This document shows, piece after piece, positions 9,770 through 22,195 of a stretch of DNA of 64,000 nt. Source of the DNA: Octopus sinensis (lineage: Eukaryota); contig NC_043016.1 of the NCBI RefSeq assembly GCF_006345805.1, positions 8,928,001 to 8,992,000 on the forward strand, read 5' to 3'. The translations under genes and the position numbers were made by a program. The notes beneath the pieces were generated by a model, which was given only the letters and a program-made list of their open reading frames with translations, had not been told where the DNA came from and searched no databases. Numbering within the stretch: position 1 is the stretch's first letter; each line of letters opens with the position of its first letter.

Positions 9770-12316
9770 GACACCCCGTCTCTATCTCTCTCTCTCTCTC
9801 TCCCCGTCTCTGTCTCTGTCTCTCTCCGTCTCTGTCTCTCTCTCTCCCCGTCTCTGTCTCTCTCTCTCCCCGTCTCTGTCTCTCTTTCTCCCCGTCTCTG
9901 TCTCTCTCTCTCACCCCGTCTCTGTCCTCTCTCTCACCCCGTCTCTGTCTCTCTCTCACCACGTCTCTGTCTCTCTCTCACCCCTTCTCTGTCCTCTCTC
10001 CTCACCCCGTCTCTGTCTCTCTCTCACCCCGTCTCTGTCTCTCTCTCACCCCGTCTCTGTCTCTCTCTCACCCCGTCTCTGTCTCTCTCTCACCCCGTCT
10101 CTGTCTCTCTCTCACCCCGTCTCTGTCTCTCTCTCACCCCGTCTCTGTCTCTCTCTCCCCGTCTCTGTCTCTCTCTCACCCGTTCTGTCTCTCTCTCACG
10201 CTCACCCCCGGCTCTCTGTCTCTCTCTCTCTCACCCCGTCTCTGTCTCTCTCTCACCCCGTCTCTGTCTCTCTCTCACCCCGTCTCTGTCTCTCTCTCAC
10301 CCCGTCTCTGTCTCTCTCTCACTCCGTCTCTGTCTCTCTCTCCGTCTCTGCTCTCTCTCACTCCGTCTCTGTCTCTCTCTCACTCCGTCTCTGTCTCTCT
10401 CTCACCCCGTCTCTGTCTCTCTCTCACCTCCCCCCGCTCTGTCTCTCTCTCACCCCGTCTCTTCTCTCCTCCTCACCCCGTCTCTGTCTCTCTCTCACCC
10501 CCTCTCTGTCTCTCCTCCTCACCCCGTCTCTGTCTCTCTCACCCCGTCTCTGTCTCTTCTCTCTCTTCTCCTCGTGCACTCTCTCACTCTCTCTCCCCTC
10601 TGTCTCTGTCTCTCTCTCTCGTCCCATCTGTTTCGTCTCTCTCTCTTCCTCCCCGTCTCTGTCTCTCTCTCTCTCCCGTCCTTCTCTCTCTCTCCTCCCC
10701 GCTCTGTCTCTCTCTCTCCCCGTCTCTGTCTCTCTCTCTCCCCGTCTCTGTCTCTCTCTCTCCCCGTCTCTGTCTCTCTCTCTCCCCGTCTCTGTCTCTC
10801 TCTCTCCCCCTCTCTGTCTCTCTCTCTCCCCGTCTCTGTCTCTCCTCTCTCTCTCATCTCCCCGTCTCTGTCTCTCTCTCTCCCCGTCTCTGTCTCTCTC
10901 TCTCCCCGTCTCTGTCTCTCTCTCTCCCCGTCTCTGTCTCTCTCTCTCCCCGTCTCTGTCTCTCTCTCTCCCCGTCTCTGTCTCTCTCTCTCCCCGTCTC
11001 TGTCTCTCTCTCTCCCCGTCTCTGTCTCTCTCTCTCTCCCCGTCCTCTGTCCTTCTCTGTCTCTCTCTCTCCCCGTCTCTGTCTCTCTCTCTCCCCGTCT
11101 CTGTCCTCTCTCTCTCTCTCCCCCCCCGTCTCTTCTCTCTCTCTCCCCGTCTCGTTCTCTGTCTTCTCTCTCTCTCCCCGTCCTCTGTCTCTCTCTCTCC
11201 CCGTCTCTGTCTCTCTCTCCTCCCCGTCTCTGTCTCTCTCTCTCCCCGTCTCTGTCTCTCTCTCTTCCCCGTCTCTGTCTCTCTCTCTCCCCTCCTCTGT
11301 CTCTCTCTCTCCCCTCTCTTCTCTCTCTCTTTCTCTCCCCCGTCTCTGTCTCTCTCTCTCCCCGTCTCTGTCCTCTCTCTCTCCCCCGTCTCTGTCTCTC
11401 TCTCTCCCTCCCCGTCTCTGTCTCTCTCTCCACTCCTCGTCTCTTCTCTGTCTCTCTCTCCCCGTCTCTGTCTCTCTCTCGTCCCTCTCCTCTCTGTCTC
11501 TCTCTCTCTCCTCGTGCAAGTCTCTCACTCTCCTCTCCCATCTGTCTCTGTCTCTCTATCTCCGTCTCTGTCTCTCTCACCGTCTCTGTCTCTCTCACCG
11601 ATCTGCTCTCTCCCCGTCTCTGTCTCCTCCCCGTCTCTGTCTCTCTCCCGTCTCTGTTCTCTCTCCCGTCTCTGTCTCTCTCCCCGTCTCTGTCTCTCTA
11701 TCCCCGTCTCTGTCTCTCTCTCCCGTCTCTGTCTCTCTCTCCCCGTCTCTGTCTACTCTCCTCCCCGTCTCGTCTCTAATCCCCGTCTCTCGTTCTCTAT
11801 CCCCGTCTCTGTCCTCTATCGATCCCGTCTCTGTCTCTCTCTATCCCCGTCTCTGTCTCTCTCTATCCCCGTCTCTGTCTCTCTCTCTAGCCGTCTCTGT
11901 CTCTCTCTCTCCCCGTCTCTGTCTCTCTCTCTCCCGTCTCTGTTCTCTCTCTCTCTCTCTCCCGTCTCTGTCTCTCTCTTCTCTCTCTTATCCCCGTTCC
12001 TGTCTCTCTCTCTCTCCCCCGTCTCTGTCTCTCTCTCTCTCTCCCCGTCTCTGTCTCTCTCTCTCTTCCCGTCTCTGTCTCTGTCTCTCTCCCCGTCTCT
12101 GTCTCTGTCTCTCTCCCGTATCTTACCTCTGTCTTCTCACCGTCTCTGTCTCTCTACGTCTCTGTTCTCTCGCTCTCTCCGTCTCTGTCTCTCTCTCCCC
12201 GTCTCTGTCTCTCTCTTCCCGCTCTGTCTCTCTCTCCCGTCTCTGTCTCTCTCTCCAGTCTCTGTCTCTCTCTCCCCGTCTCTGTCTCTCTCTCCCCGTC
12301 TCTTTCTCTCTCTCCG

Positions 12317-12348
<32 letters not shown>

Positions 12349-12910
12349 GTCTCTCTCTCTCTCTCCGTCTGTCTCTCTCTCTCTCTCCGTCTGTCTCTCT
12401 CTCTCTCTCCGTCTGTCTCTCTCTCTCTCTCCGTCTGTCTCTCTCTCTCTCCTCCGTCTGTCTCTCTCTCTCTCTCCGTCCGTCTCTGTCTCTCTGTCTC
12501 TCTCTCTCTCCGTCTCTGTCTCTCTCTCTCTCCGTCTCTGTCTCTCTCTCTCTCCGTCTCTGTCTCTCTCTCTCTCTCCGTCTCTGTCTCTCTCTCTCTC
12601 CGTCTCTGTCTCTGTCTCTCTCTCTCTCCGTCTCTGTCTCTGTCTCTCTCTCTCTCCTCCGTCTCTGTCTCTGTCTCTTCTCTCTCTCCGTCTCTGTCTC
12701 TCCTCTCTCTCTCTCTCTCTCCGTCTCTGTCCTCTCTCTCTCTCTCCCTCTCCGTCTCTGTCTCTGTCTCTCCGTCTCTGTCTCTCTCTCTCTCCGTCTC
12801 TGTCTCTTTCTCTCTCCGTCTCTGTCTCTTTCTCTCTCCGTCTCTCTGTCTCTCTCTCTCTGTCTCTCTCTCTCTCCGTCTCTCTCTCTCTCTCTCTCTC
12901 TCCGTCTCTC
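9770..12910. repeat. ~3.2 kb pyrimidine-strand minisatellite, ~22-bp unit CCCCGTCTCTGTCTCTCTCTCT
   Basis: Read directly. The plus strand is almost all C/T with periodic G. It is the source of the 224-497 aa RE- and SL-rich ORFs. Confidence 0.95.
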
Positions 12911-13315
12911 TCATGCCTTGTCTTATATGCATGCTCTCTCTGTCATGTCTCCCTTTTACTTCAATATTTCTCTCATGATAGTTTGCAGAATCTTGTTTCC
13001 AACATAATTTTATAAGATACACATTTATACATTACTCTCTCTCTCTCTTTTTTCTGTTTGTAGCTCTCTCTCTCTCTCTCTCTTTGCTTTTATCTTTCAC
13101 TCTTTCTGTCTGTCTATCTGTCGGAGAGAGACACACAGAAAGACAATTACTGTTTCTGCCACAATTCCTTCCTTTTCATTTGCTTTCACCATTTTTCCTC
13201 ATTTTTTCCTTCATTCCATCATTCTTTCAGCCTTGCCATTTATCCATTTCTCCTGTCATTTTCTTATTCATTCTTTCAATTTCCTCATTTTTTTTCTCTA
13301 TTATATCTCATCTTT

Positions 13316-13349
<34 letters not shown>

Positions 13350-15227
13350 TATTTTTCTTCCTTTCTTCATCCTCTCCTTCAGTCTTGCCTTTCTCATAAC
13401 CGATTCCTCATTCATCCCACCCAGTACTGATGACTAACACCCAGTTTATCAATATATTCCAGTCATTCATTAATAGCACAACTATTATTATAACTGCCAG
13501 CCAACATGAGCTATATGTATATGGTTGTTTGACCAGCTACAAATAGCACCCAAATCTCCTTTCCCACAAACCACACCACTTTATTAAAAAAAAAAAAAAA
13601 GCAAAAACATATGTTAGCTTGCAAAAACGATAAAAAAAAAAATGAAACGGTCATGGTTGAAGAGACATTTTTTCCTAAGTCCTTACTATCTGGATATAGA
13701 GGAGTGCACAAAACATGTAGAACATGCAGACACAAGCATGTGCAGAATGTGCATAAATGCAGATATTGCACAGACATATGCACACACATGTGCACACAAT
13801 ATGCATGTATGCACTATATATATGCACATCACATACATGGAAATGCATAGTTGCATATACATATGTATACAATCTAAACTGTTCTGGAATCTCAACAGGT
13901 AGTACTGCTGACTCCAAGTAAAATTACTGACTTGGCTGTTACATAGATTAGCAACTGTCAAATAGTACCTTATATAACACATTACAGCATTAATCTAATA
14001 AACTGTGTAACATAATTCTAACACTATAAAACATGTTTTAGCTTTTAATCTAACACTATATAACATGCTACAGCATTAATTCTAGTGCTCTATTACAACA
14101 TGCTACATTAATCTGTTGTACTTTTACCTGTAACAATAACCTAATGCACTGTATCTCATGCTACAATATTTATGATCAGAAATTCTGAGAAGACTTAGTT
14201 ATTACATGCGATACATTGAGACTAGCATTTCCATCTGAGTTATAGTTGGAATATTTCAGAATTTCAAACTGAACTCTTTATTAAATCCCCAGGGATGCAG
14301 GGGTTTATTCTTATTCCATTGTCCTTACCAATGCTATTTTCCTGTTTGTAGTGTGGTGTGATCATATTCTATTTGAACCAGTGTGTGTGTATGTTTATCA
14401 AGATAGAATTCTTACTGCTAAGGGTAAAGTTTCTAAAACGAATAAAGAAATTTGAAGGATTGCTTTAGCCCAATTGTAAACACCTGTCATGTCTACAGAA
14501 TGTGTGGGTTTGTGTCGCATGGGTAACATTTGACATTTACCTATCCAAAAGAGGTTTTTTTTTTCAACCCATGCTATTATTTATAACTTTATCGAAGGCA
14601 ATGAGCAGGTAGAATTGTTAGCAAACCAGACAAAATGCTAAGCAGCATTTCATGTTTTTATGTTTTGAGTTCAAATTCCACTGTAAAGTGGTTGGCATTA
14701 GAAAGGGCATCCAGCTGTAAAAACCATGCCAAAGCTGACAGTGGAGCTTGTTGCAACCTTCTGGTTTACTAGCTCCTCTCAACTCATTCAGCCCATGCCA
14801 ACATGGAGGATGGATGTTAAATGATGTGTGTATATGTCTTCTACTATAGTCCTGGGCCGACTTAAAACCTTGTCAGTGTGTCACCAACCACTGTTTGATA
14901 ACTGGTGTCAGTTTCTCTACATCCATGTAACTTTGTGGTTCAACAAAAGAAATCACTAAAACGGACATCAGGCTTAAATAAGTTTAACTAAAATCCTTCA
15001 ACGCAGTGATCCAGCATGGTCACTTTCCAATGATTGAAACAAGTAAACAACTCCAACATCATTCTAGTGATTCTCACCTCCATCTTGTTACCATTGTTTT
15101 TAGCAAATTCAATTTGTATACAGGCATGTGTTTGGACAGGTTGGTTTTGCTGCATATCACTACATGTCTTGGTTATTTATTATTGTTTCATAAAACCTCA
15201 GCTGTAATTTTAAACTGAGAAGCATGT

Positions 15228-15455
15228 TTAACCCTTTCATTACTGCATTTCTGTTGAGATGCTCTGTGTTTCTTTCAATTACTTTAACTATAACAAAGAA
15301 TTTAGTAAAATAACTTGGTTATCATTAAGCTAGTGTTAGGAACATAAATTGTGACTAAGGTTTGGTGGAAGATTTTAATTCAAAACTTATGAAAACAAGA
15401 CATTTGTACTCAGAGCCAAGGCCGGTTTCAGCCGGGTTGGTAACGAAAGGGTTAA
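15228..15455. mobile_element. piggyBac-type MITE family M2, complete
   Basis: TTAA-CCCTTTCATTACT...GGTAACGAAAGGG-TTAA; TIRs match at 11 of 13 positions. Confidence 0.8.
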
Positions 15456-15820
15456 ACAGAAAGAACTGAAGTCTTTATTTTTAAGTCTACAGTAGTGGAT
15501 GAGTTTGTTCTTATTCTGTTATACATAACAGGGTTCTCCTATTCTCCTATACATAACTTCATAGTGAGGTATGTCTAAGAGTATTAACTCTGCTTAGCAG
15601 TTACACAAGGACAGCAACAATTTCATTCTGAGATATCTTTGAGCAGGTTGACTGGAGATAAATGAAACCCCACAATTTTATAAAGGGATCCAAATGAGGC
15701 TCTCCCATCTAAACATACACTGTGTATAGACATTGTAGCAGTTCAGAGCTACAGTTGTCCATTTTTTTCTCTAAAAGACTTGTGGTTTCAAGTTCAGTGC
15801 TGCTGCATGGGCAAATGTGT

Positions 15821-16049
15821 GGCGAGCTGGCAGAAACGTTAGCACGCCGGGCGAAATGCTTTGCAGTATTTCGTCTGCCGCTACGTTCTGAGTTCAAATT
15901 CCGCCGAGGTCGACTTTGCCTTTCATACTTTTGAGGTCGATAAATTAAGTAACAGTTTATGGGGTCGATATAATCGACTTAATCCGTTTGTCTGTCCTTG
16001 TTTCTCCTCTCTGTGTTTAGCCCCTTGTGGCTAGTAAAGAAATAGGTAC
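15821..16049 (+). mobile_element. tRNA-derived SINE family S1 (Nin/Deu-like central domain), full length
   Basis: Head GGCGAGCTGGCAGAAACGTTAGC, B box GAGTTCAAATTCC, central CTTTGCCTTTCAT..GGTCGATAAATTAAGT, tail GTAAAGAAATAGGTA. TSD CATGGGCAA at 15806 and 16050. Confidence 0.9.
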
Positions 16050-16629
16050 CATGGGCAAGTGGTGTCTCCTTCAGCCCTAGTCTGATCAAAGCTTTGGTGC
16101 ATAGAAGGAAGATCATCATCATAGTGTGTGTGTGTGTGTGTGTGTGTGTTTGTTTACATCTGAAATTGCTTGTGTGGTGTAGGTGGCAGTGTTGTTGTTA
16201 GTTTCTCTTGAAGGACATTGTCTGGTCACTTCACGCCTCCAAAGCTGTGAGGAATTAGAAATCCTTTATCACCCAGCTCTAAAACAATGCTTCAGATAAC
16301 GTATTTGTCCAACACATGTGTGTAATAAGTCATTTAATGAATGGCACACATGCACGCACAGGTTGAGACAGATTGTGTCATACAGGAGAGCAGATAATGT
16401 GACATAATCAGTGACAAGGGTCTGAAATTGAAGCCTTTTGTTTTGTTTTTCTATCAGTTTGCACTTACAATAGCATTATCATTGACAACACTGTATTTAA
16501 TCTATTTCCTTATCTAGGGTCAACTCTATTGCAATAATTTTATATTGAATGTTTTTGTTTATATTGGAATATTTTTTTTAATATTAAGAAATAACTTCCC
16601 TAATATTAATATTAAATATATATATATAT

Positions 16630-16800
16630 AAATTAGAGATAAAACCACTATTAGGCAACTCAGTGATAGACATAAACCAATACATAAACAAAAAATATAA
16701 ATATAATTAATATAAAATAAAAATTTTTTAATTTAAAATTTTTTTTTAAACCAAAAAGTATAAAAAGAAATTTAATGTAATAAGTAATTTATATCTATAC
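16630..16800. repeat. Unclassified AT-rich dispersed repeat following (TA)n
   Basis: AGAGATAAAACCACTATTAGGCAA...ACATAAACCAA is shared with 45895-46060. Confidence 0.6.
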
Positions 16801-16897
16801 TGTGAAATTTGATTTAATCCTAAATCTAATTTTTCCCTGTAAGTTTGGAGCCATACTCCCTAATATTATTATTATATTTTTTATATATATATATAAC

Positions 16898-17215
16898 ACC
16901 CGTGCCGGTGACACGTAAAAAGCACCATGTGAACGTGGTAGATGCCAGCACCACCTGACTGGCGTCTGTGTCAGTGACATGTAAAAGCACCAACCGATCA
17001 TGGCCGTTTGCCAGCCTCCTCTGGCCCCTGTGCCAGTGGCACGTAAAAAGCACCTACTACACTCACACACTGGTTGGCGTTAGGAAGGGCATCCAGCTGT
17101 AGAAACACTGCCAGATCAGACTGGAGCCTGGTGCAGCCTCCTGGCTTCCCAGACCCCGGTCGAACCGTCCAACCCATGCTAGCATGGAAAACGGATGTTA
17201 AATGATGATGATGAT
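16898..17215 (+). mobile_element. SINE-like family S3 with 5' tandem GTGCCGGTGGCACGTAAAAAGCACC-type units
   Basis: Three internal units, the conserved central motif and a (GAT)n tail. Confidence 0.85.
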
Positions 17216-17429
17216 TGAAACAATATCATTCTGGTAGGATTTGGGGAGATTTCAAGTTTTGATTTTTATTTGGTACCATCCATGTCTTGTACTATACCTG
17301 TTATGTCTATAGGTCTAAGATTATGTATAAAATCAGTGATTTTTATTTTGTTTCCTAATCCAAAGAAGGAAACCATTATTACCATCACTGCACTCTTGTC
17401 ATCACCACCCTAACCAACATTATAGTTTC

Positions 17430-17763
17430 AGGGGTGGTAGAATGGTCAAGAAGCTAATTTCTTAACCATGTGGCTTTTGGTTCAGTGCCTTGAGCAAATG
17501 TCTTCTATAGCTTTGGGTCAACCAAATCCTTGAGTAAATTTGGTAGATGAAAACTGAAAGAAAGTGTTTCTCTCTTTGTGCTTGTCACCACCACTGCTTG
17601 GCAATCGGTGTTGGTTTGTTTATATCCCTGTAACTTAGAAGTTTGGCAAAAGACTGATAGAATTACTATGACTTTAAAAAAAATAAAAGTACTGGATTCG
17701 ATTTGACTAAACCCTTCAATGTAGTGCTCCAGCATGGTTACAGTCCAATGACTGAAACAAGTA

Positions 17764-17765
<2 letters not shown>
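17430..17765 (+). mobile_element. S2 SINE, degenerate
   Basis: Homology to 40791-41181 including the tail. Confidence 0.7.
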
Positions 17766-17843
<78 letters not shown>

Positions 17844-18224
17844 AAATTTCACTGACCTTTACCTGCTCTAGCTATATTCTAATGTTAACCTACCTCTTCA
17901 CGGTGTGTATGTATGTGTGTGAAGAACGAAGGATTAAGTTATTTGGAGTATGTTGAACTTTGCTTGGCCTTGTTCATCCTACATCTCCCCCCACCAAAGC
18001 AGGAAAAGTAATAACAGCTTCAAAAATAAACAACGTGGTTCAAATTCCTTAAACATATATTCCTTACACCTTTTATAACCTGCGTGAGCACTCCTCCCCA
18101 CACACACATTTACCGATTCCAACTAACAAGCTGTTTGTTGATATTACTTTTGTCTCCTCTGCCCATCTCTATTTCTCTACTTTCTGTATCTATGTACACA
18201 CATACACTCTTTCCATTTATAATA

Positions 18225-18622
18225 TCTATTTCTTTACTACCCAAAAGGGGACAAACAAGGACAGACAAACAGATTAAGTCGATTACATCGACCCCAGTGC
18301 GTACCTGGTACTTAATTTATCGACCACAAAAGGATGAAATGCAAAGTCGACCTCGGAATTTTAACTCAGAACATAGTGGCAGATGAAATACCTATTTCTT
18401 TACTACCCACAAGGGGCCAAACACAGAGGGGACAAACAAGGACAGACAAAGGGATTGTCGATTACATCGCCTCCAGTGTGAAACTGGTACTTAATTTATC
18501 AAACCCCGAAAGGATGAAAGGCAAAGTCGACCTCGACGGAATTTGAACTCAGAACGTAGTGGCAGACAAAATACTGCTAAGCATTTCGCCCGGTGTGCTA
18601 ACGTTTCTGCCAGCTCGCCGCC
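18225..18622 (-). mobile_element. Head-to-tail S1 dimer
   Basis: A full copy at 18388-18622 is joined at GAAATAG|GTATTTC to a second unit lacking the first ~48 nt. Confidence 0.85.
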
Positions 18623-18703
18623 TTTTCCATTTATAATATCACTATTATTCCTGTTGCCTACACCTTCACACATGCTGTGTGTGTGTGTATGCATATGTAG
18701 GAT

Positions 18704-19232
18704 CAGGCATGGTTGCTGTGATTGAGAAGCTTGTTTCCTAACCACATGACCTTGGGTTCCATCCCATTCTGCAGTATCTTGAGTGAGAGACTTCTATGAC
18801 TGTAGGCCAATCAAATCCCCGTGAGTGGATTTGGTTATTGCTGAAGCACTTCTGTCTGTTTATATACCTTTTGTCCTTTACTTGTTTCAGTCGTTAGACT
18901 GTGGCCATGCCGGGGCACTGCCTTGAAGAATATTTAGTCAAATGTATTGACCCCCAGTACTTTTTATAAGCCTGGTACTTATTCTATTGGTCTCTTTTGC
19001 TGAACTGCTAAGTTACAGGGATGTAAACACACCAGCACCAGTTGTCAAGCAGTGGTGGGGCAAACAATGTACACACACACACGTACAATGGACTTCTTTC
19101 AGTTTCTATCTACCAAATCTGCTCACAAGGCTATATAGTAGAAGACACTTGTCCAAGGTGCCATTCAGTGTAACTGAACCTGGAACCATGTGGTTGGGAA
19201 GCAAGCTTCTTACCACACAGCCACACTTGCAC
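18704..19232. mobile_element. Two S2 SINEs in opposite orientation (18704-18850 +, 18876-19232 -)
   Basis: Both carry the tRNA head and the GTGAGTGGATTTGG segment in inverted arrangement. Confidence 0.7.
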
Positions 19233-19296
19233 CTGAATATAAGTGTCTGTGTGATGTGTCTTTGTCTTCACATCATGTGATAGGTGTAAATGAATA

Positions 19297-19532
19297 CCTA
19301 TTTCTTTACTACCCACAAGGGGCTAAACACAGAGAGGACAAACAAGGACAGAAAAATGGATTAAGTCGATTACATCAACCCCAGTGTGTAACTGGTACTT
19401 ATTTAATCTATCCCGAAAGGATGAAAGGCAAAGTCGATCTCGGCGGAATTTGAACTCAGAACGTAACGGCAGACGAAATACGGCTACGCATTTCGCCCAG
19501 CATGCTAACGTTTCTGCCAGCTAACCACCTTT
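19297..19532 (-). mobile_element. S1 SINE, full length, 14-bp TSD
   Basis: TSD GGTGTAAATGAATA at 19283-19296 and 19533-19546. Confidence 0.9.
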
Positions 19533-19794
19533 GGTGTAAATGAATATCATACACCCAAGGGTGTCCTCTTCCCAGTTTCCCATGAAAACATGTCTGGCTG
19601 TGTGGTAATATTACCTTACTTGGAAACAGGTGATGGTTGGCAACAGGAAGCATCTCTGGCTGTAGAAAATCTGCCTCAACATATTCCAGCTAATCTATGC
19701 AAGCATGGAAAAGTAGATGTTGAATTGATGATTGATGATAATCATGGGAGACATAAGGGATGTGGTGACACATCAAAATCATAGTGAAATTCGA

Positions 19795-20305
19795 TGACGG
19801 GCACAAGCACCATACGAGCGTGATCATTGACAGATCGGCTAACCGGCTGCCGTGCCAGTGGCACATAAAAGGCTCCATTCGAGTGTGATCATTGCCAGCT
19901 TCGCCTTACTGGCACTTGTGCCCCATGCTAGTAGGTTGCTAAGAGCACCATCTGAGCGTGATCGTTGCCAGAGCGGCTAACTGGCTTCTATGCTGGTGGC
20001 ATGTAGGAGCCACCATTCGAGCGGGATCGTTACCAGCGTCACCTTACTGGCACCTGTGCTGTTGGCATGTGTAAAAAAATTCCAGCAAGGTCGTTGCCAG
20101 TACTGCCTGACCGGCCCCCGTGCCAGTGGCACTTAAAAAGCACCCCCTACACTCTCGGAGTGGTTGGCATTAGGAAGGGCATCCAGCTGTAGAAACTCTG
20201 CCAGATCAGATTGGAGCCTGGTGCAGCCATCTGCTTCTCCAGTCCACAGTCAAACCGTCCAACCCATGCTAGCATGGAAAGCGGATGTTAAACGATGATG
20301 ATGAT
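19795..20305 (+). mobile_element. S3 element with expanded 5' tandem array
   Basis: Repeated CACCATTCGAGCGTGATCGTTGCCAG-like units, then the conserved body and (GAT)n tail. Confidence 0.85.
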
Positions 20306-20621
20306 CCATATTGTTGATATTAGTCACTCGGGGTGAATGTTTGTTCTTCAGATTAAATGGCACATGTGGTAAGGATCTCACTTAGGTAATGAATGAGTTG
20401 AAAAACTAGAATTAACCAAGATTATCTTAGCAATTAACAAAATTACCCGAAGGAAGGTGTCACATCTATAAATAACAAATAAGGGAGATGACTCCAATAT
20501 GAGCAAACATCTATTATCTTCCTGTTTCCAGTTGTAGGACTGTGGCCATGTTGGGGTGCCACTTTGAAGTGTTTAGTTGAACAAATTAAGCTCAGTATTT
20601 ATATTTTTAAGCCTGTACTTA

Positions 20622-20822
20622 TTCTTTTTCTACTCTAGGCACAAGGCCCGAAATCTTTGGGGAGGGGAGCAGTCAATTAGATTGACCTCAGTATGTAACT
20701 GTTACATAATTTATCGACCCCGAAAAGATGAAAGGCAAAGTTGAACTCAGAACATAAAGGCAGACGAAATACTGCTAAGCATTTTGCCTGGCATGCTTAA
20801 CATTTCTGCCAGCTTGCCGCCT
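20622..20822 (-). mobile_element. S1 SINE, alternative-tail subfamily (GGGCCTTGTGCCTAGAGTAGAAAAAG)
   Basis: Same head and central domain as S1 with a different 3' tail; that tail also occurs near 31960, 53110 and 58470. Confidence 0.75.
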
Positions 20823-21962
20823 TTAAGTCTGTACTTGTTCTACGTTTCTTTTTGCCAAATTGTTAATTATTGGTACATAAATACACCAAGACTTGAAACA
20901 CTGGGTGGTAGAGCAAACATTAATATGAAGACACCCACATACAACAGGCATCACACAGTTTCCGTTTACCAAAATTCACTCATAAAGGCATTGGTCAACC
21001 TGGGACTATATGAAAAGGCTTAACCAACATGTTACACGGTAGAATCAAATCTGAAGCTGTGATTGTAAAACTACCATCTTAACCACGAAGCCATGTCAGA
21101 ATATTTTTTTAATTATCAATGTAGACTAGACAGTAAAAATTGCCTTCAGAACCAATTGGGGAAAGCTAGACATGTTTTAGTTTTATTAGTTCTAAGTGGA
21201 GCATATTTTACTCAATTAAGACCTAGTTGTTTGTGTGTGGTGGTGGTGGTGGTGGGGACTGAGGGAAATTAAGGGGACGGAGATGGAATGCCGTGATAGT
21301 AATAGTGAACGGCCTAAACAGACAAACACTAGCTTCCTCGGATTTTAATGTTTCACATTTGCTATAAATATTTTTCTATTTTAACCGAACCCGTCTTTGG
21401 TCAATTGTGATCAGGCAGACGTATAATCAAAAGTATTTCAACCACGACCAGTGTTTTTTTTAATTCTTTTTTTACATATTTTATTATATTTACTTTGTTA
21501 GACATGGACATAGGACAGGACTGTATTTATCCAATGAATTTTTTTTTTCTTTTTGTTTTTGCAAGGCTTCTGGTATGAAGATTTTAGCTGCTAATTCTTG
21601 CATGTCAATCATATACTAAACCTCACAATGATTTTTTTTTGTGTGTGTGTGTAAATTTATATAAAATTTGCTTGTTTTTACATTTTTCCCTGGATTTACA
21701 TACACTATTGAGATGTTGTTTTCAGCTGTACATTGTTTCTGTTTGTTTGCAATCCCTTATCTTTTCCACAAGTACATCTTTTATAACATTTGAAGGAAGA
21801 AGCTTAGGAAATTAGTTGAGAGGCAAATATGTGTGTGTGTGTGTGTGTGTTTCCATCTATCAAACCCACACACCACATTTTGGTCAACTTGTGGTGCCAC
21901 ACAATGATGTTGAACCCGAAGCCATGCGGTTGGGGAGCAAGCTTCTCACTTCAGTCATACCT

Positions 21963-22195
21963 CTTTCTTTATTGCCCACAAGGGGCTCAACATAGAGGGG
22001 ACAAACAAGGACAGACAAACGGATTAAGTCAATTACATTGACCCCAGTGCATAACTGGTACTTATTTAATCGACCCCGAAAGGATGAAAGGCAAAGTCGA
22101 CCTCGGCAGAACTTGAACTCAGAACGTAATGGCAGACCAAATACCTCTAAGCATTTCACTCGGCATGCTAATGGTTCTGCTAGCTTGCTGCCTTA
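21963..22195 (-). mobile_element. S1 SINE with TSD AGTCATACC
   Basis: TSD at about 21954-21962 and 22196-22204. Confidence 0.85.

Noticed and set aside
10424-13022. Long ORFs of 224-497 aa (RE-rich and SL-rich)
   Set aside because: They are translations of the CT/GA minisatellite, which lacks stop codons by composition; both strands and several frames are open.
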